Shown: positions 1 to 9,361 of the stretch, in pieces
How the letters are laid out: each line of letters begins with the position of its first letter
Numbering within the stretch: the first letter of the stretch is position 1
Translations under genes and position numbers: made by a program
Notes under the pieces: generated by a model
Told to the model about the DNA's origin: nothing
The model's database searches: none
Seen by the model: only the letters and a program-made list of their open reading frames with translations
NCBI GenBank assembly: GCA_035480055.1
Contig: DATIIB010000007.1
Span: 4,360-68,359 of the forward strand
Source: Candidatus Saccharimonadales bacterium
Lineage (GTDB): Bacteria; Patescibacteriota; Saccharimonadia; Saccharimonadales; DASZAF01
Reading direction: 5' to 3'
DNA: 64,000 bases

Positions 1-658
1 CGCTTCTTCGTTGCCACTGACATGTGGCGCAAAACCGCCTTCATCACCAACGGTTGTTCCGTAATTACGGGCAACCAACTCTTTTTTGAGAGCCATAAAG
101 ACCTCCACGCCAATGCGCATGCGGTCGTCAAATGTTTTGCCACCTTTGGGGACGATCATAAATTCTTGAATGTCGGTGCTGCCAGCAGCGTGTTTTCCAC
201 CGTTAATTAGGTTCATCAGCGGCATAGGAAGAGTGAAGGTGGTGTTGTCGATCAACGAGCCAATGTAGCGGAAAAGTGGTTGGCCCTTGCTCTTTGCTGC
301 TGCGTGCGCGGCGGCCAGAGAGACTGCCAAAATGGCATTCGCACCGAGATTGCTCTTGTTTTCAGTACCATCCAGTTCGATCATGATGCGATCCAATTCG
401 AATTGGCTATACGCGTCTTGACCAATCAGCGCTGGGGCGATTTTTTCAGCCACATTGCGAACCGCCTGGCTGACGCCTTTGCCGCCGAGCGCCTCACCGC
501 CATCACGAAGTTCGAGCGCTTCGCCGCTGCCAGTGCTGGCGCCCGATGGAACTGCTGCGCGACCGAGTGTGCCGTCTTCAAGGATAACATCGGCTTCAAC
601 GGTGGGCATGCCGCGTGAGTCAATAATTCTGCGAGGGATGATTTGAGTGATTTTCATA
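1..658 (-). CDS. eno: Enolase (phosphopyruvate hydratase), N-terminal ~219 codons; the C-terminal part lies beyond the left edge
   Basis: Absent from the supplied ORF track because it is open to the window edge. Reverse-strand translation from the ATG (complement of 656-658) reads [54 protein letters not shown]...[30 protein letters not shown]...[13 protein letters not shown]...FMIVP...GDEGGFAP. These are textbook enolase N-terminal and barrel motifs. Confidence 0.93.
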
Positions 659-681
659 ACGTATTATATTGTGCTCCTTTT
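655..681 (-). repeat. Arm B of a 27-nt inverted repeat that includes the eno start codon (AAAGGAGCACAATATAATACGTTATGA)
   Basis: The reverse complement of 655-681 matches 867-893 at 26 of 27 positions. It contains AAGGAG, a TATAAT hexamer and the ATG. Confidence 0.8.
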
Positions 682-866
682 ACCTAAATTAGCAAGACTC
701 TGGGATGATGCGGGTAGACAACTTGGGGCCACAGCCCGGCCGGTAACAGCGGAGAAGCAGACGTCGCGTCATCCCGCGCAGGCAAAATGTCCACTTTCAT
801 TTTGCCGGGTCTGCAAGCCGCTGTTACCGAGCGGAGCGTCATGCTAAAAGCTTGCCAAAACGTAGG

Positions 867-893
867 AAAGGAGCACATTATAATACGTTATGA
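867..893 (+). repeat. Arm A of the same 27-nt inverted repeat, including the gpmA start codon (AAAGGAGCACATTATAATACGTTATGA)
   Basis: Direct reading. TATAAT at 879-884 ends 5 nt before ATG 890. AAGGAG lies 17 nt upstream of the ATG, which is too far for a normal SD. Confidence 0.8.
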
Positions 894-1528
894 CAAAAGG
901 CAAACTTCTCTTTATCCGACACGGCGAGTCGGAACTCAACGCCAAAGGCATCTGGACCGGCCAAACCGATACTGGCCTCACTGATAAAGGTCGTGCCGAT
1001 GCCGCACTAATGGGCGAAGCCATCAAGGATGTGCCACTGCACCACGCGTTTACCTCTGGCCTCAAACGCACGCACCAAACGCTGGAGCATGTCTTGCAGG
1101 GCCACGGCAACACCTCGCTGAGTCGAAGCCAGCACGCCGAACTCAACGAGCGCGACTACGGCACGCTCACCGGCAAAGACAAATGGCAGGTTAAGGACGA
1201 GATCGGCGAAGAAGCCTTCAATGGTATTCGCCGCGGCTGGAATTACCCAGTGCCAGGTGGCGAAACGCTCCAAGACGTTCACGACCGGGCTGTGCCATTC
1301 TACTTGGCGCAAATTTTGCCTCGCTTGCAGCAAGACGAGCATTTGGTTGTGGTGGCGCACGGTAATACTATTCGGGCGCTTATGAAACACATTGAAGGAA
1401 TCCACGAAGACGACATCGCCAATGTCGAAATGCCTTTTGGTACGATTCTATTGTATGAAGTCGACTCCCACGGTTTGGCTCTCAACAAAGAGATACGCAC
1501 CGTGGAGGTAGCACCGAGTAAAGCCTAG
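890..1528 (+). CDS. gpmA: Histidine-phosphatase family phosphoglycerate mutase (2,3-BPG-dependent type)
   Basis: 212 aa. LLFIRHGESELNAKGIWTGQTD..LTDKG carries the RHGE catalytic motif, and VVVAHGNTIRAL is the second His motif. It is divergent from eno. Confidence 0.85.
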   Translation: MTKGKLLFIRHGESELNAKGIWTGQTDTGLTDKGRADAALMGEAIKDVPLHHAFTSGLKRTHQTLEHVLQGHGNTSLSRSQHAELNERDYGTLTGKDKWQVKDEIGEEAFNGIRRGWNYPVPGGETLQDVHDRAVPFYLAQILPRLQQDEHLVVVAHGNTIRALMKHIEGIHEDDIANVEMPFGTILLYEVDSHGLALNKEIRTVEVAPSKA

Positions 1529-2058
1529 GCTAGCGCCTGCAAAATCGCCTCATTAAACGCAGGGATATCGTCGGGTTTGCGGCTGGTAATCATATTGCCA
1601 TCCACCACCACCTCTTGGTCGGTCCAGGTACCGCCAGCGTTGCGAATGTCATCTTGCAATGTCTCGTACGAGGTTAGCTTGCGGCCCTTTACCAACCCGC
1701 TCGAAACCAGCAGCCATGGTCCATGACAAATCGCCGCCACAGGTTTGCCGGCCGCGTCCATTGCTTTGACAAATTCTCGTGATCCTTCGCTCATGCGAAG
1801 CTTGTCAGCGTTTACGACTCCTCCGGGAATAACGACCGCGTCGTACTCATCCGCCGCAATCTCTTCCACCGAAAGATCAGCCGTAAAAGTATCGCCTCTC
1901 TCAACATGATGTAATCCTTGGAGATCTTCTCCGTTCGCAGTTACAATGTCCACCTCAGCGCCAGCTGCCTCCAGCGCTTCCTTAGGGCCAGTCAGCTCAA
2001 CTTGCTCAAAATAATTATGAACCAGGACCGCTATTTTTTTACCTGTAAGTGTCTGCAT
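1525..2058 (-). CDS. DJ-1/PfpI family protein (intracellular protease/deglycase type)
   Basis: 177 aa from ATG 2058, with SD AAGGAGGG just upstream; the track ORF runs on to 2160. It has the nucleophile-elbow AAICHGPWLL plus VIPGG and a PfpI-like C-terminus. Confidence 0.85.
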   Translation of the reverse strand: MQTLTGKKIAVLVHNYFEQVELTGPKEALEAAGAEVDIVTANGEDLQGLHHVERGDTFTADLSVEEIAADEYDAVVIPGGVVNADKLRMSEGSREFVKAMDAAGKPVAAICHGPWLLVSSGLVKGRKLTSYETLQDDIRNAGGTWTDQEVVVDGNMITSRKPDDIPAFNEAILQALA

Positions 2059-2145
2059 AGTACCCTCCTTCTTAACTATTATACGCGGCCGACGCAACGG
2101 ATGTGTTGGTTGCAGCAACTTTGTAAACCGCGTAGCATACAAGAT

Positions 2146-3660
2146 ATGAACAAAACACAAAAATTGGTGCTTGTTGTGGCGATTTTGGCTTCATTTGTAG
2201 CCTTTTTGGATGGCGCGGTGGTGAATGTCGCGCTGCCGGTTATCCAGAAGGAGCTTGGCGGTGGATTGGCTGGCCAGCAATGGGTTGTTGATGGATATTT
2301 ACTCACGCTTGGTTCTTTTATTCTGATCGCTGGGTCGCTGTCTGATCTGTTTGGCCGTTTGAAAGTACTGCGCTATGGGTTGATTGGCTTTACGGTGGCC
2401 TCGCTGCTTTGTGCGATTGCGCCAAATATTGGCGTCCTGATCGCGGCGAGATTACTACAAGGTGCGGCTGGTGCGATGTTAGTGCCAAGTTCGCTGGCAC
2501 TGATTGCCGACCGTATTCCCAAAGCTCAGTTTTCCAAAGCTGTCGGCAGTTGGACGGCGTGGACCGGCATTTCGTTTCTTATTGGACCGCTGCTCGGCGG
2601 CTTTTTTGTGGATGTGCTGAATTGGCGGCTGGTTTTTGCCATCAACCTGCTGCCATTTGTGATTACGCTGTGGCTCATGCAGCGGCTCAGTGGTGACCGC
2701 AAGCCTGATGTTGATGCGCATGTCGATGCATTTGGCGCTGCGCTCTGCACGGTGGGACTCGCTGGACTGGTTATTGCGTTGATCGAGCAGGCGCATCTCG
2801 GATGGGGCAATGTGCAGGTCTGGTTGCCATTCATAATTGGCTGTGTCGCCTCAACATTATTTATCTGGCACGAAGCACGGACGGCACATCCGATGCTGCC
2901 GCTCAAACTCTTCACTCACCGCAACTTTGCGGCAGGCAATATTGCCACCTTTGCTATTTACGCCGGGCTGTCGGCAGTGGGCTTTGTGCTGGTTATCTTT
3001 TTGCAACAAGTCGCCGGATATGGAGCTACAGTCAGCGGCATGAGTTTGATTCCTGTCACGCTGATAATGTTCTTTGGCTCCCCGCGCATTGGGGCGCTCT
3101 CCGAGCGGTTTGGTCCGCGATGGTTTATGACAGCTGGGCCGCTCTGCGCCGCGGTGGGCCTGGCGTTGATTGCCGTGAGCGTTCACGCAGCAACCAATTA
3201 CTTCACACAGATTCTACCTGGTGTGTTACTCTTTGCGCTCGGACTCGTTACCACGGTCACTCCGCTGACTGCGGCGATCATTGGCGATGTCAGTCCGCAA
3301 CAATCTGGTATTGCCTCAGCGGTAAATAACGCCGTAGCCCGAATCGCTGGGCTCATTGCGATTGCCATAGTAGGTGCGTTGCTGGCCGCGCAGTTTAGTA
3401 GCGCAGTTGCCCAAAAAACTTCAGATACGTCACCGGCACTTGCCCAGAGCCTGAATAGCGCCAAAAGTCACACTCTTCAAGTCACTACACCTGATAATTT
3501 AAACGACTCTGATCGCACTGCCGCGCAGACTATCTTGCGGCAAGCCAGCGTGAGCAGCTTCCGGGCGGGCATGCTGCTCACCGGCGGACTCGTGGCAGTT
3601 GGCGGCGTGGTATCGGCGATTGGCATTCGTAACTCCAAAAGGCGTATACTGCCAACATGA
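2146..3660 (+). CDS. MFS transporter, DHA2 (EmrB/QacA-like, 14-TM) type
   Basis: 504 aa from ATG 2146. The first 76 codons of the track ORF overlap the divergent PfpI gene and look non-coding. Motifs: FVAFLDGAVVNVALPVIQKELGG, LSDLFGR, and many TM segments. Confidence 0.85.
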   Translation: MNKTQKLVLVVAILASFVAFLDGAVVNVALPVIQKELGGGLAGQQWVVDGYLLTLGSFILIAGSLSDLFGRLKVLRYGLIGFTVASLLCAIAPNIGVLIAARLLQGAAGAMLVPSSLALIADRIPKAQFSKAVGSWTAWTGISFLIGPLLGGFFVDVLNWRLVFAINLLPFVITLWLMQRLSGDRKPDVDAHVDAFGAALCTVGLAGLVIALIEQAHLGWGNVQVWLPFIIGCVASTLFIWHEARTAHPMLPLKLFTHRNFAAGNIATFAIYAGLSAVGFVLVIFLQQVAGYGATVSGMSLIPVTLIMFFGSPRIGALSERFGPRWFMTAGPLCAAVGLALIAVSVHAATNYFTQILPGVLLFALGLVTTVTPLTAAIIGDVSPQQSGIASAVNNAVARIAGLIAIAIVGALLAAQFSSAVAQKTSDTSPALAQSLNSAKSHTLQVTTPDNLNDSDRTAAQTILRQASVSSFRAGMLLTGGLVAVGGVVSAIGIRNSKRRILPT

Positions 3661-4040
3661 AAACCAACGATTGCATATTCTGCTTAGAAACCAGCGAGCC
3701 CCGGGGCCAGCTCCTCCATAAAGACGATTTGTGGTTTGCCGTCAGCTCGATTGACCCGACTTTAAAGGCCGGTGCGCTGATAATTACTCGCCGTCACATC
3801 CAAACTCCCTTTGAAATTTCGAGCGAAGAATGGTCTCGTTTGCACGAAATAATTCCCAAAGTTAAGGAGTTTCTGGACGATACCTTCCAGCCCGACGGCT
3901 ACAACATGGGATGGAACATTACCCCTGTTGCAGGCCAACAAGTTGCCCATGCCCACCTGCACCTTTTTGGCCGCTACAAACACGAACCATTGGCCGGCAA
4001 AGGCATCCGTTCTGCCTTCCGCGAAGCTGCTCAAAAATAA
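3657..4040 (+). CDS. HIT-family hydrolase
   Basis: 127 aa. It carries the histidine-triad motif HAHLHLFGRY and has an ATGA start/stop overlap with the MFS gene. Confidence 0.85.
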   Translation: MKTNDCIFCLETSEPRGQLLHKDDLWFAVSSIDPTLKAGALIITRRHIQTPFEISSEEWSRLHEIIPKVKEFLDDTFQPDGYNMGWNITPVAGQQVAHAHLHLFGRYKHEPLAGKGIRSAFREAAQK

Positions 4041-4047
4041 TCATCTG

Positions 4048-4076
4048 TTGTATCCACCCCAACATACGCTTATAAT
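4048..4076 (+). promoter_or_regulatory. Sigma70-like promoter for the RRM gene (TTGTAT-17-TATAAT), implying an ~80-nt 5' UTR
   Basis: -35 TTGTAT at 4048-4053, a 17-nt spacer, and -10 TATAAT at 4071-4076. The gene starts at 4164. Confidence 0.45.
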
Positions 4077-4163
4077 AGCAAGTGGGATCTCTTCCAATGT
4101 GCATTCTGAATGTACGCTGGGAGGCGAGATGGTCGTCCCGATAAGTAAAAAGGTTTTAGGTAT

Positions 4164-4448
4164 ATGTCATTCAAACTCTACGTTGGCGGACTTCCCTACA
4201 GCACCACAGATGATGATCTGCGCAACCACTTTGCCCAATACGGCACAGTTGCAAGCGCACGCGTAATCACTGACCGCGACACTGGTCGCTCAAAAGGCTT
4301 CGGCTTTGTTGAGATGGACAGTGAAGAAGAAGGTCAGAACGCGATCAAAAATCTGGACGGTACTGACATGGGCGGTCGCACGATTGTGGTCAACCAAGCT
4401 CGTCCTATGGAAGAGCGACCACGACGCAACGATTTTCGTCGCTCATAG
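4164..4448 (+). CDS. RRM-type RNA-binding protein
   Basis: 94 aa. RNP2 is LYVGGL and RNP1 is KGFGFVEM, followed by an Arg-rich tail. Confidence 0.9.
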   Translation: MSFKLYVGGLPYSTTDDDLRNHFAQYGTVASARVITDRDTGRSKGFGFVEMDSEEEGQNAIKNLDGTDMGGRTIVVNQARPMEERPRRNDFRRS

Positions 4449-4467
4449 TTTCTTACTAGATGCAAAT

Positions 4468-4497
4468 AAAAACTCTCGGATAACACCGAGAGTTTTT
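4468..4497. terminator. Bidirectional intrinsic terminator between convergent genes
   Basis: A 12-bp stem (AAAACTCTCGG.../...CCGAGAGTTTT) with a 6-nt loop. An A-run lies on one side and a T-run on the other. Confidence 0.8.
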
Positions 4498-4513
4498 ATT
4501 TGCAAAAGACTTG

Positions 4514-5803
4514 CTACTGGCTCACCTTGAACCACTGCGAGTTGTCCACAAAGGCGTGAATGCCAGAACCTGCCGAGACCGCAATCTGCAGCGAAGCTTT
4601 TTTGACATTAATCGAGCTGGGCTTGTAGGCAAGGTTGATGTCCTCCACGAACGTCGACCGTTCACCGCTTTTATACTGGCCAGAGATCCAGTTGCCGCTT
4701 TGATCGTATTCATCGATGTAAAAGGTGACTTCACCGCTGGTTAATTTGTCCACATTCAGGAAGTTTTTGAGCATATAGCTGGCGGTCGAATCAACGTCCA
4801 ACTTTGGTCCAAAAAGATGGACGCTTTTTCCAGTTGCTGCTGTTAGTTCGATCGCATTGGTTGGGCTGGGGTAGCTGCCATTGTTGGCGGTATTTTTGAT
4901 CACTTGTTGCGGGGCATCGGTCGTCCAGCCGTCGGCGATACCATTATCAAAACTATTATTCGGCATCATATTTACCGTGCTAGCCACCGTGCCGGCCGAC
5001 ACATTAACCACTGGCAAATTTTGCGCTTGCACGTAGGCGGCGATTTGCTTGAGGTTAGCGGTGCTGTACTCATAATCGTCTGGGTTAGCACTCGGGTTGG
5101 CCTTGATGTCGTGAAGAACCAAGATGAGCCAAGCATTATTTTGTTTGGCTTGGTCGATATACGTTTTGACTTGAGCGACCGTCACGCCAGCTTGCACCTG
5201 TTTGACATACAGCAAATAGTCATTGTACGGCCAGAGATTGTTACTCTCGGTGTCCCAAAACGGGCGATGCGAGGCATAGTATTTGGAAATACCAGCCAAC
5301 ACTGCATTGTTGTAGTCGCCATAGGGCGTGGCAAACGAGGTTGGATTGAAGCCATGCTGCTGCAACGTCGCTTTGCTATTGACCAGTTCATTCGTAAGAC
5401 GTGTGGCATTGACCTGCGTGAGCTCAGGGTGAGTGACGCTATGTGAGCCAATCTCCCAGTGGTAGGTGTTTTGCAGTTGCGTGACCTGTGGCCAGGTCAT
5501 ATACTTGGCACCTGGGTTGGCAGGACACGTACCTGTAGTCCCCACGCAGCCGCTAATCACATAATCTGTGCCGGTAAAGCCATATTGCGCAAGCGCAGGC
5601 GCGGCGTTTTGTACCGCAGTGGTTAACCCGTCATCAAAGGTAAAGGAGACTTTGGCCGTAGGTGTCGGATTCATAACTGCGGCCTTTGCTGGTGTTGCAC
5701 CTCCAATAGCGAGACCGCCAGCAGCCACTACCATACAGAGGCACGCTGCGATTCTCAGGCGTATCGCCTGCATAGTGAGATTAGTAGTAAAAGGTAAGGC
5801 CAT
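4514..5803 (-). CDS. Secreted/anchored polysaccharide deacetylase (CE4/NodB) with a C-terminal carbohydrate-binding-like domain
   Basis: 429 aa from ATG 5803, with AAGGGGA upstream. N-terminal hydrophobic anchor IAACLCMVVAAGGLAIGG; NodB motifs VSFTFDDG and GSHSVTHPEL; the C-terminal ~140 aa are beta-rich. Confidence 0.85.
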   Translation of the reverse strand: MALPFTTNLTMQAIRLRIAACLCMVVAAGGLAIGGATPAKAAVMNPTPTAKVSFTFDDGLTTAVQNAAPALAQYGFTGTDYVISGCVGTTGTCPANPGAKYMTWPQVTQLQNTYHWEIGSHSVTHPELTQVNATRLTNELVNSKATLQQHGFNPTSFATPYGDYNNAVLAGISKYYASHRPFWDTESNNLWPYNDYLLYVKQVQAGVTVAQVKTYIDQAKQNNAWLILVLHDIKANPSANPDDYEYSTANLKQIAAYVQAQNLPVVNVSAGTVASTVNMMPNNSFDNGIADGWTTDAPQQVIKNTANNGSYPSPTNAIELTAATGKSVHLFGPKLDVDSTASYMLKNFLNVDKLTSGEVTFYIDEYDQSGNWISGQYKSGERSTFVEDINLAYKPSSINVKKASLQIAVSAGSGIHAFVDNSQWFKVSQ

Positions 5804-5816
5804 ATGTTCCCCTTTG

Positions 5817-7616
5817 TTATTGATGCAATATTTTTTGGATCTGTGCATACCCAGGACGTGGCGCTAAGTCGCTCCCAAACAACCCATCTTTGCCAAATTG
5901 GATAGCGCCAGCATCATCTTTCCAGACATCATAGCGGTCTGCGAGAGTCCAGGTTCGCCAGGCAATACAGTTTGGCTCAGTAATGCAGGCGTTGAATACC
6001 GCTGCGTACTGCGCACCTTGAACCGCATCGCCCTCGTCGTTATAAACATCCATTTCGGAGATTTGAGTTTTAAACCCTAAGGCGCCAAGCTGGGTAATGT
6101 GGCGCTTCAGGACCACGGGATCGATCTTGTCACCGGCTTCATATACATGTGCCTGAAATCCAACGCCAAGATGGTCTATCGGCACGCCACAGGCAATGAG
6201 CTGCGCTTTCAGAGTGGTCATGAGCTGCACAAATGTGTCCCAGCGCTCACCGTCAAACTCCAGACCATACTCGTTAATAAAGAGCTGCGCATCAGGGTTA
6301 GCCTGGTAGGCAGCGCGGAAAGCTTTGGCAATATAGTCTTCGCCCATTGCCTGATACCATTTGTGGTTGCGCAGGATATTCCCTTGGCTTGGATCAAAAG
6401 TATCAAAGTCGGCCAGCGGCTCGTTTACCACATCCCATGACCCTACTTTGTTGCCAAAATGTTGCATCACGGTTGTAATGTGTTGCTCCATCAGCTGCGC
6501 AACGTGCTGTTTATCAGCGGCAGTTGCCACCGGTAACGCCGTCAACCAGTGGGGATTTGCTTCGCCAAACACCAAAGCGTGCCCGTGAACTGCAATGCCA
6601 TTTTGCTCGGCCAGGTGCACCAAAAGATCGGCCTGCTGAAAGTAATAATGGCCTTCCTGTGGTTGCAAAAACTGCATCTTCATGGCGTTTTCGGGTGTCC
6701 AACTTCCTACCTGATTACTATCCAAAGCTAACGCCGCATATGCCGGATCGGTGGTCACAGTTGTGGGCGCCATTGCCGCACCGACCGTAAAATCTGCGCG
6801 CTTTTTGTGAGCCAAATACTGTAATCCATCTGGATCATGGGCCGGCGCCGTCAGATCACTGGTGGCGACCATCTTGACCGTACCGCCTTGCTGAGCTTCG
6901 GCAGTAAGGCCGCTCAGCAGCCAACTATCCTGGGCGCTATCGACACCAAACCACAGCCGATTGCTGGCAAGAATATCTTTACTGTCCAGCGTTCCAAGTT
7001 GCGTCCCGCCAGCACTCAGCTGCAGCATTTCACCTTGACGAGTAAGAGTGAGCGCTTGCTGCGAAGCATTTGGTAAAGCAAACGTCTGCGTCGCTGCAGC
7101 GGTTTGACTCGTGCCATCCCAGGTAGTAGCAATAAGCTGGGTGCGGGTGACTGCCAGGCGGACGCTCTTTCGTTCCATCCTAAACTCATCAGCGATAATC
7201 GGCACTTCTCCGTATAATTGCAGCGATGCTGGTTTGTCCGTTACATCTTTTAGCGTCGCTGTGAGCGCAAAGTCGCCGGTCTCCTCAAGGTGCATGCCGA
7301 GATTAATCGGCGGATTAGGCTGGCCGCCCGAACCATCTTGCTCAACAATCGAAAGGTCAGTTTTGGCAACACGAAGCCCCTCTGCCGTGGAACTTACTCC
7401 TGGCACAAAGCGCCAATCGGCCGCGGCCAGCAACGATACTTTATGCGGAACATTTGTATTTTCACCATCTCCCATGCCTGGCTGCTCCCATACGGTTTTG
7501 CTGGCACAGCCTACAAGGAGACCCAGACCTAAGAGCCCAAGCACACCAAAACTAAGAAACCTTCTTGGCCTAATGACTTGATGCCATCTTGCCCATACAC
7601 TTTTCATGCAAACCAT
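5817..7616 (-). CDS. GH10 family glycoside hydrolase (endo-1,4-beta-xylanase-like) lipoprotein with an N-terminal extra domain
   Basis: 599 aa. Lipobox LLGLGLLVGC; GH10 signatures WDVVNEP, FINEYG and TQISEMDV. The ~260-aa N-terminal domain is not recognised. The start could be 7616 or 7607. Confidence 0.85.
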   Translation of the reverse strand: MVCMKSVWARWHQVIRPRRFLSFGVLGLLGLGLLVGCASKTVWEQPGMGDGENTNVPHKVSLLAAADWRFVPGVSSTAEGLRVAKTDLSIVEQDGSGGQPNPPINLGMHLEETGDFALTATLKDVTDKPASLQLYGEVPIIADEFRMERKSVRLAVTRTQLIATTWDGTSQTAAATQTFALPNASQQALTLTRQGEMLQLSAGGTQLGTLDSKDILASNRLWFGVDSAQDSWLLSGLTAEAQQGGTVKMVATSDLTAPAHDPDGLQYLAHKKRADFTVGAAMAPTTVTTDPAYAALALDSNQVGSWTPENAMKMQFLQPQEGHYYFQQADLLVHLAEQNGIAVHGHALVFGEANPHWLTALPVATAADKQHVAQLMEQHITTVMQHFGNKVGSWDVVNEPLADFDTFDPSQGNILRNHKWYQAMGEDYIAKAFRAAYQANPDAQLFINEYGLEFDGERWDTFVQLMTTLKAQLIACGVPIDHLGVGFQAHVYEAGDKIDPVVLKRHITQLGALGFKTQISEMDVYNDEGDAVQGAQYAAVFNACITEPNCIAWRTWTLADRYDVWKDDAGAIQFGKDGLFGSDLAPRPGYAQIQKILHQ

Positions 7617-7742
7617 CCCGTATTTAGCTTAAGGTTACACCTACAACAAAATTTATACAACATATTCCTTGGTTTACGCGCTATTTACCTCTGTTAAATT
7701 AAAAATATCTGTAACCTTACCATTGCATATCATGATTTATCT

Positions 7743-7760
7743 ACAACAATAAATTGTTGT
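7743..7760. promoter_or_regulatory. Perfect 8-2-8 palindrome ACAACAAT-AA-ATTGTTGT in the GH10/GT2 divergent intergenic region (possible operator)
   Basis: Direct reading. Additional ACAACA/TGTTGT copies lie at ~7651-7656 and ~7766-7773. Confidence 0.4.
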
Positions 7761-7845
7761 GAAATGTTGTTGTCTTCGTGATCAAGCAGTGCTACTATTT
7801 GGCGTAAGGGCAAGCATTATAGAGGATAGAGGGGGATGTTTTTTC

Positions 7846-8061
7846 ATGGCAAAACTTCGCGCAGGTGAGGGCGTACTGACGGCGAGCGTGGGTCTTTTCG
7901 CAGCGCCGCTTAACGGACGAGATGCGGGATTCTTTATGTTCGTGGCTTTGGTAAGCATCTTTTGCTGGGTCACGGTCATTATCACCACCATCCTCAGACA
8001 TGGCGCAAAACATATCTACCGAAAAACCAAATCCAAGCGCAATGAAACCGTAGACGTATAG
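7846..8061 (+). CDS. Small single-pass membrane protein preceding the GT2 synthase
   Basis: 71 aa from ATG 7846, with SD GAGGGGGA 9 nt upstream. One TM (FFMFVALVSIFCWVTVIITTIL) is followed by the basic tail RHGAKHIYRKTKSKR. It ends 15 nt before the GT2 start. Confidence 0.55.
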   Translation: MAKLRAGEGVLTASVGLFAAPLNGRDAGFFMFVALVSIFCWVTVIITTILRHGAKHIYRKTKSKRNETVDV

Positions 8062-8076
8062 CTTAAAGGAGAACGT

Positions 8077-9357
8077 ATGGACATTGGGGGAATAATTTTT
8101 TACTTATTTGCGGTCGTCAGCACGGTTTATGTCGTGCATTTGGGCGTCTATCTTACTGGCGCAAACTTTTACGATATTTGGCAGTTTCGGCGTCAACGAA
8201 CCAAGCAGGGTTACCCATCGACAGCAAAGCTTCCGTTGGTGACAGTCGCTATCTCCGCGCATAACGAGGAAAAGGTTATTACTCGTTGCCTTGAGTCAAT
8301 TCGTCATAGCACCTATCCGCATGTTCAGACGCTGGTCGCTGACGATGGCTCCAAAGACGCAACCTATAAAATCGTCAGGCGGTACATTAGGCACCATCCG
8401 CGTCAAAACATTCATCTCGAAGCCATGCCCAAAAATATGGGTAAAGGCCGGGCGCTTAATTTTATTCTGACCCGTTTTGCCAAAGGCGATCTGGTAATGA
8501 CTTTGGATGCCGATTCAATCTTGGCCCCAGACGCGATTGCCAATGCGGTCAGCTATTTTAATGATCCGACGATTGCCGGCGTGGCCGCGAATGTGCAGAT
8601 CATCGAAGAACCAAGCGTGCTTGGAGTGCTCCAAAAGTTTGAGCACATGATTGGCTATCGTTCTAAAAAGACCTATTCGTTGATTAACTGTGAGTTTGTG
8701 ATTGGCGGTGTGGCGTCTACCTACCGGATGGATATTCTGCGCAAGGTTGGATTTTACGACACGGATACCGTGACTGAAGATATCGGCCTTAGCATGAAAA
8801 TTGTCAACCAAGGCAACCGTGCTCATCGAATTGTCTATGCTGTTGATGTGCGCGCAATGACCGAAGGTGTAGATCGCTTTCGCGCCTTGGTCAAACAACG
8901 TTATCGCTGGAAGTACGGCAGCTTACAAAATATCATCAAATACTACCATCTCATCGGAAATAATAATGCTGATTTTACCTTGACGCTTACTTTTTACCGC
9001 ATGCCTATGGCAGTACTGAGTGAGATCGCGTTGCTCGCAGCACCGCTGATTTGGGGGTATACGATATATGTTACTTTATCGCAGCATTCGCTCGCGCTGG
9101 TGATTGGCGCTTATCTGACGATTACGGTATATACCATGATCACCCTTTGGTGGGATGAACACGCCGGGTTCAAAGATCGGCTACGTTTGAGTCTGTTCGT
9201 ACCTGTTGCCTACTTTGTGTTTTATATCATGGATTTTGTGCAGCTGATTGCTATTTTGCGTTGTCTGGCCAAAATGCATCAGTTACTCACGCGTAAAGAT
9301 GTCGGCGGCACATGGGCCTCGCCGCGACGGATTGGACGCGAAGTTCGGGCAGGATAA
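8077..9357 (+). CDS. Processive family-2 glycosyltransferase (PgaC/IcaA/NodC-like beta-glycan synthase)
   Basis: 426 aa with SD AAGGAG. GT-A motifs VTVAISAHNEE, VADDGSKD and TLDADS; processive-synthase Q-x-x-R-W motif QRYRWKYG; TM helices at both ends. Confidence 0.88.
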   Translation: MDIGGIIFYLFAVVSTVYVVHLGVYLTGANFYDIWQFRRQRTKQGYPSTAKLPLVTVAISAHNEEKVITRCLESIRHSTYPHVQTLVADDGSKDATYKIVRRYIRHHPRQNIHLEAMPKNMGKGRALNFILTRFAKGDLVMTLDADSILAPDAIANAVSYFNDPTIAGVAANVQIIEEPSVLGVLQKFEHMIGYRSKKTYSLINCEFVIGGVASTYRMDILRKVGFYDTDTVTEDIGLSMKIVNQGNRAHRIVYAVDVRAMTEGVDRFRALVKQRYRWKYGSLQNIIKYYHLIGNNNADFTLTLTFYRMPMAVLSEIALLAAPLIWGYTIYVTLSQHSLALVIGAYLTITVYTMITLWWDEHAGFKDRLRLSLFVPVAYFVFYIMDFVQLIAILRCLAKMHQLLTRKDVGGTWASPRRIGREVRAG

Positions 9358-9361
9358 TTAT

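Noticed and set aside
1918-2145. A 76-codon N-terminal extension of the MFS ORF in the track
   Set aside because: It overlaps the divergent PfpI coding region and has no membrane or MFS features. ATG 2146 gives the canonical MFS N-terminus.
4077-4163. A cold-shock-type structured 5' UTR upstream of the RRM gene
   Set aside because: Only weak, short complementary segments (for example GTGCATTC/GAATGTAC with a 1-nt loop) could be found by eye. That is not enough to call a structured element.
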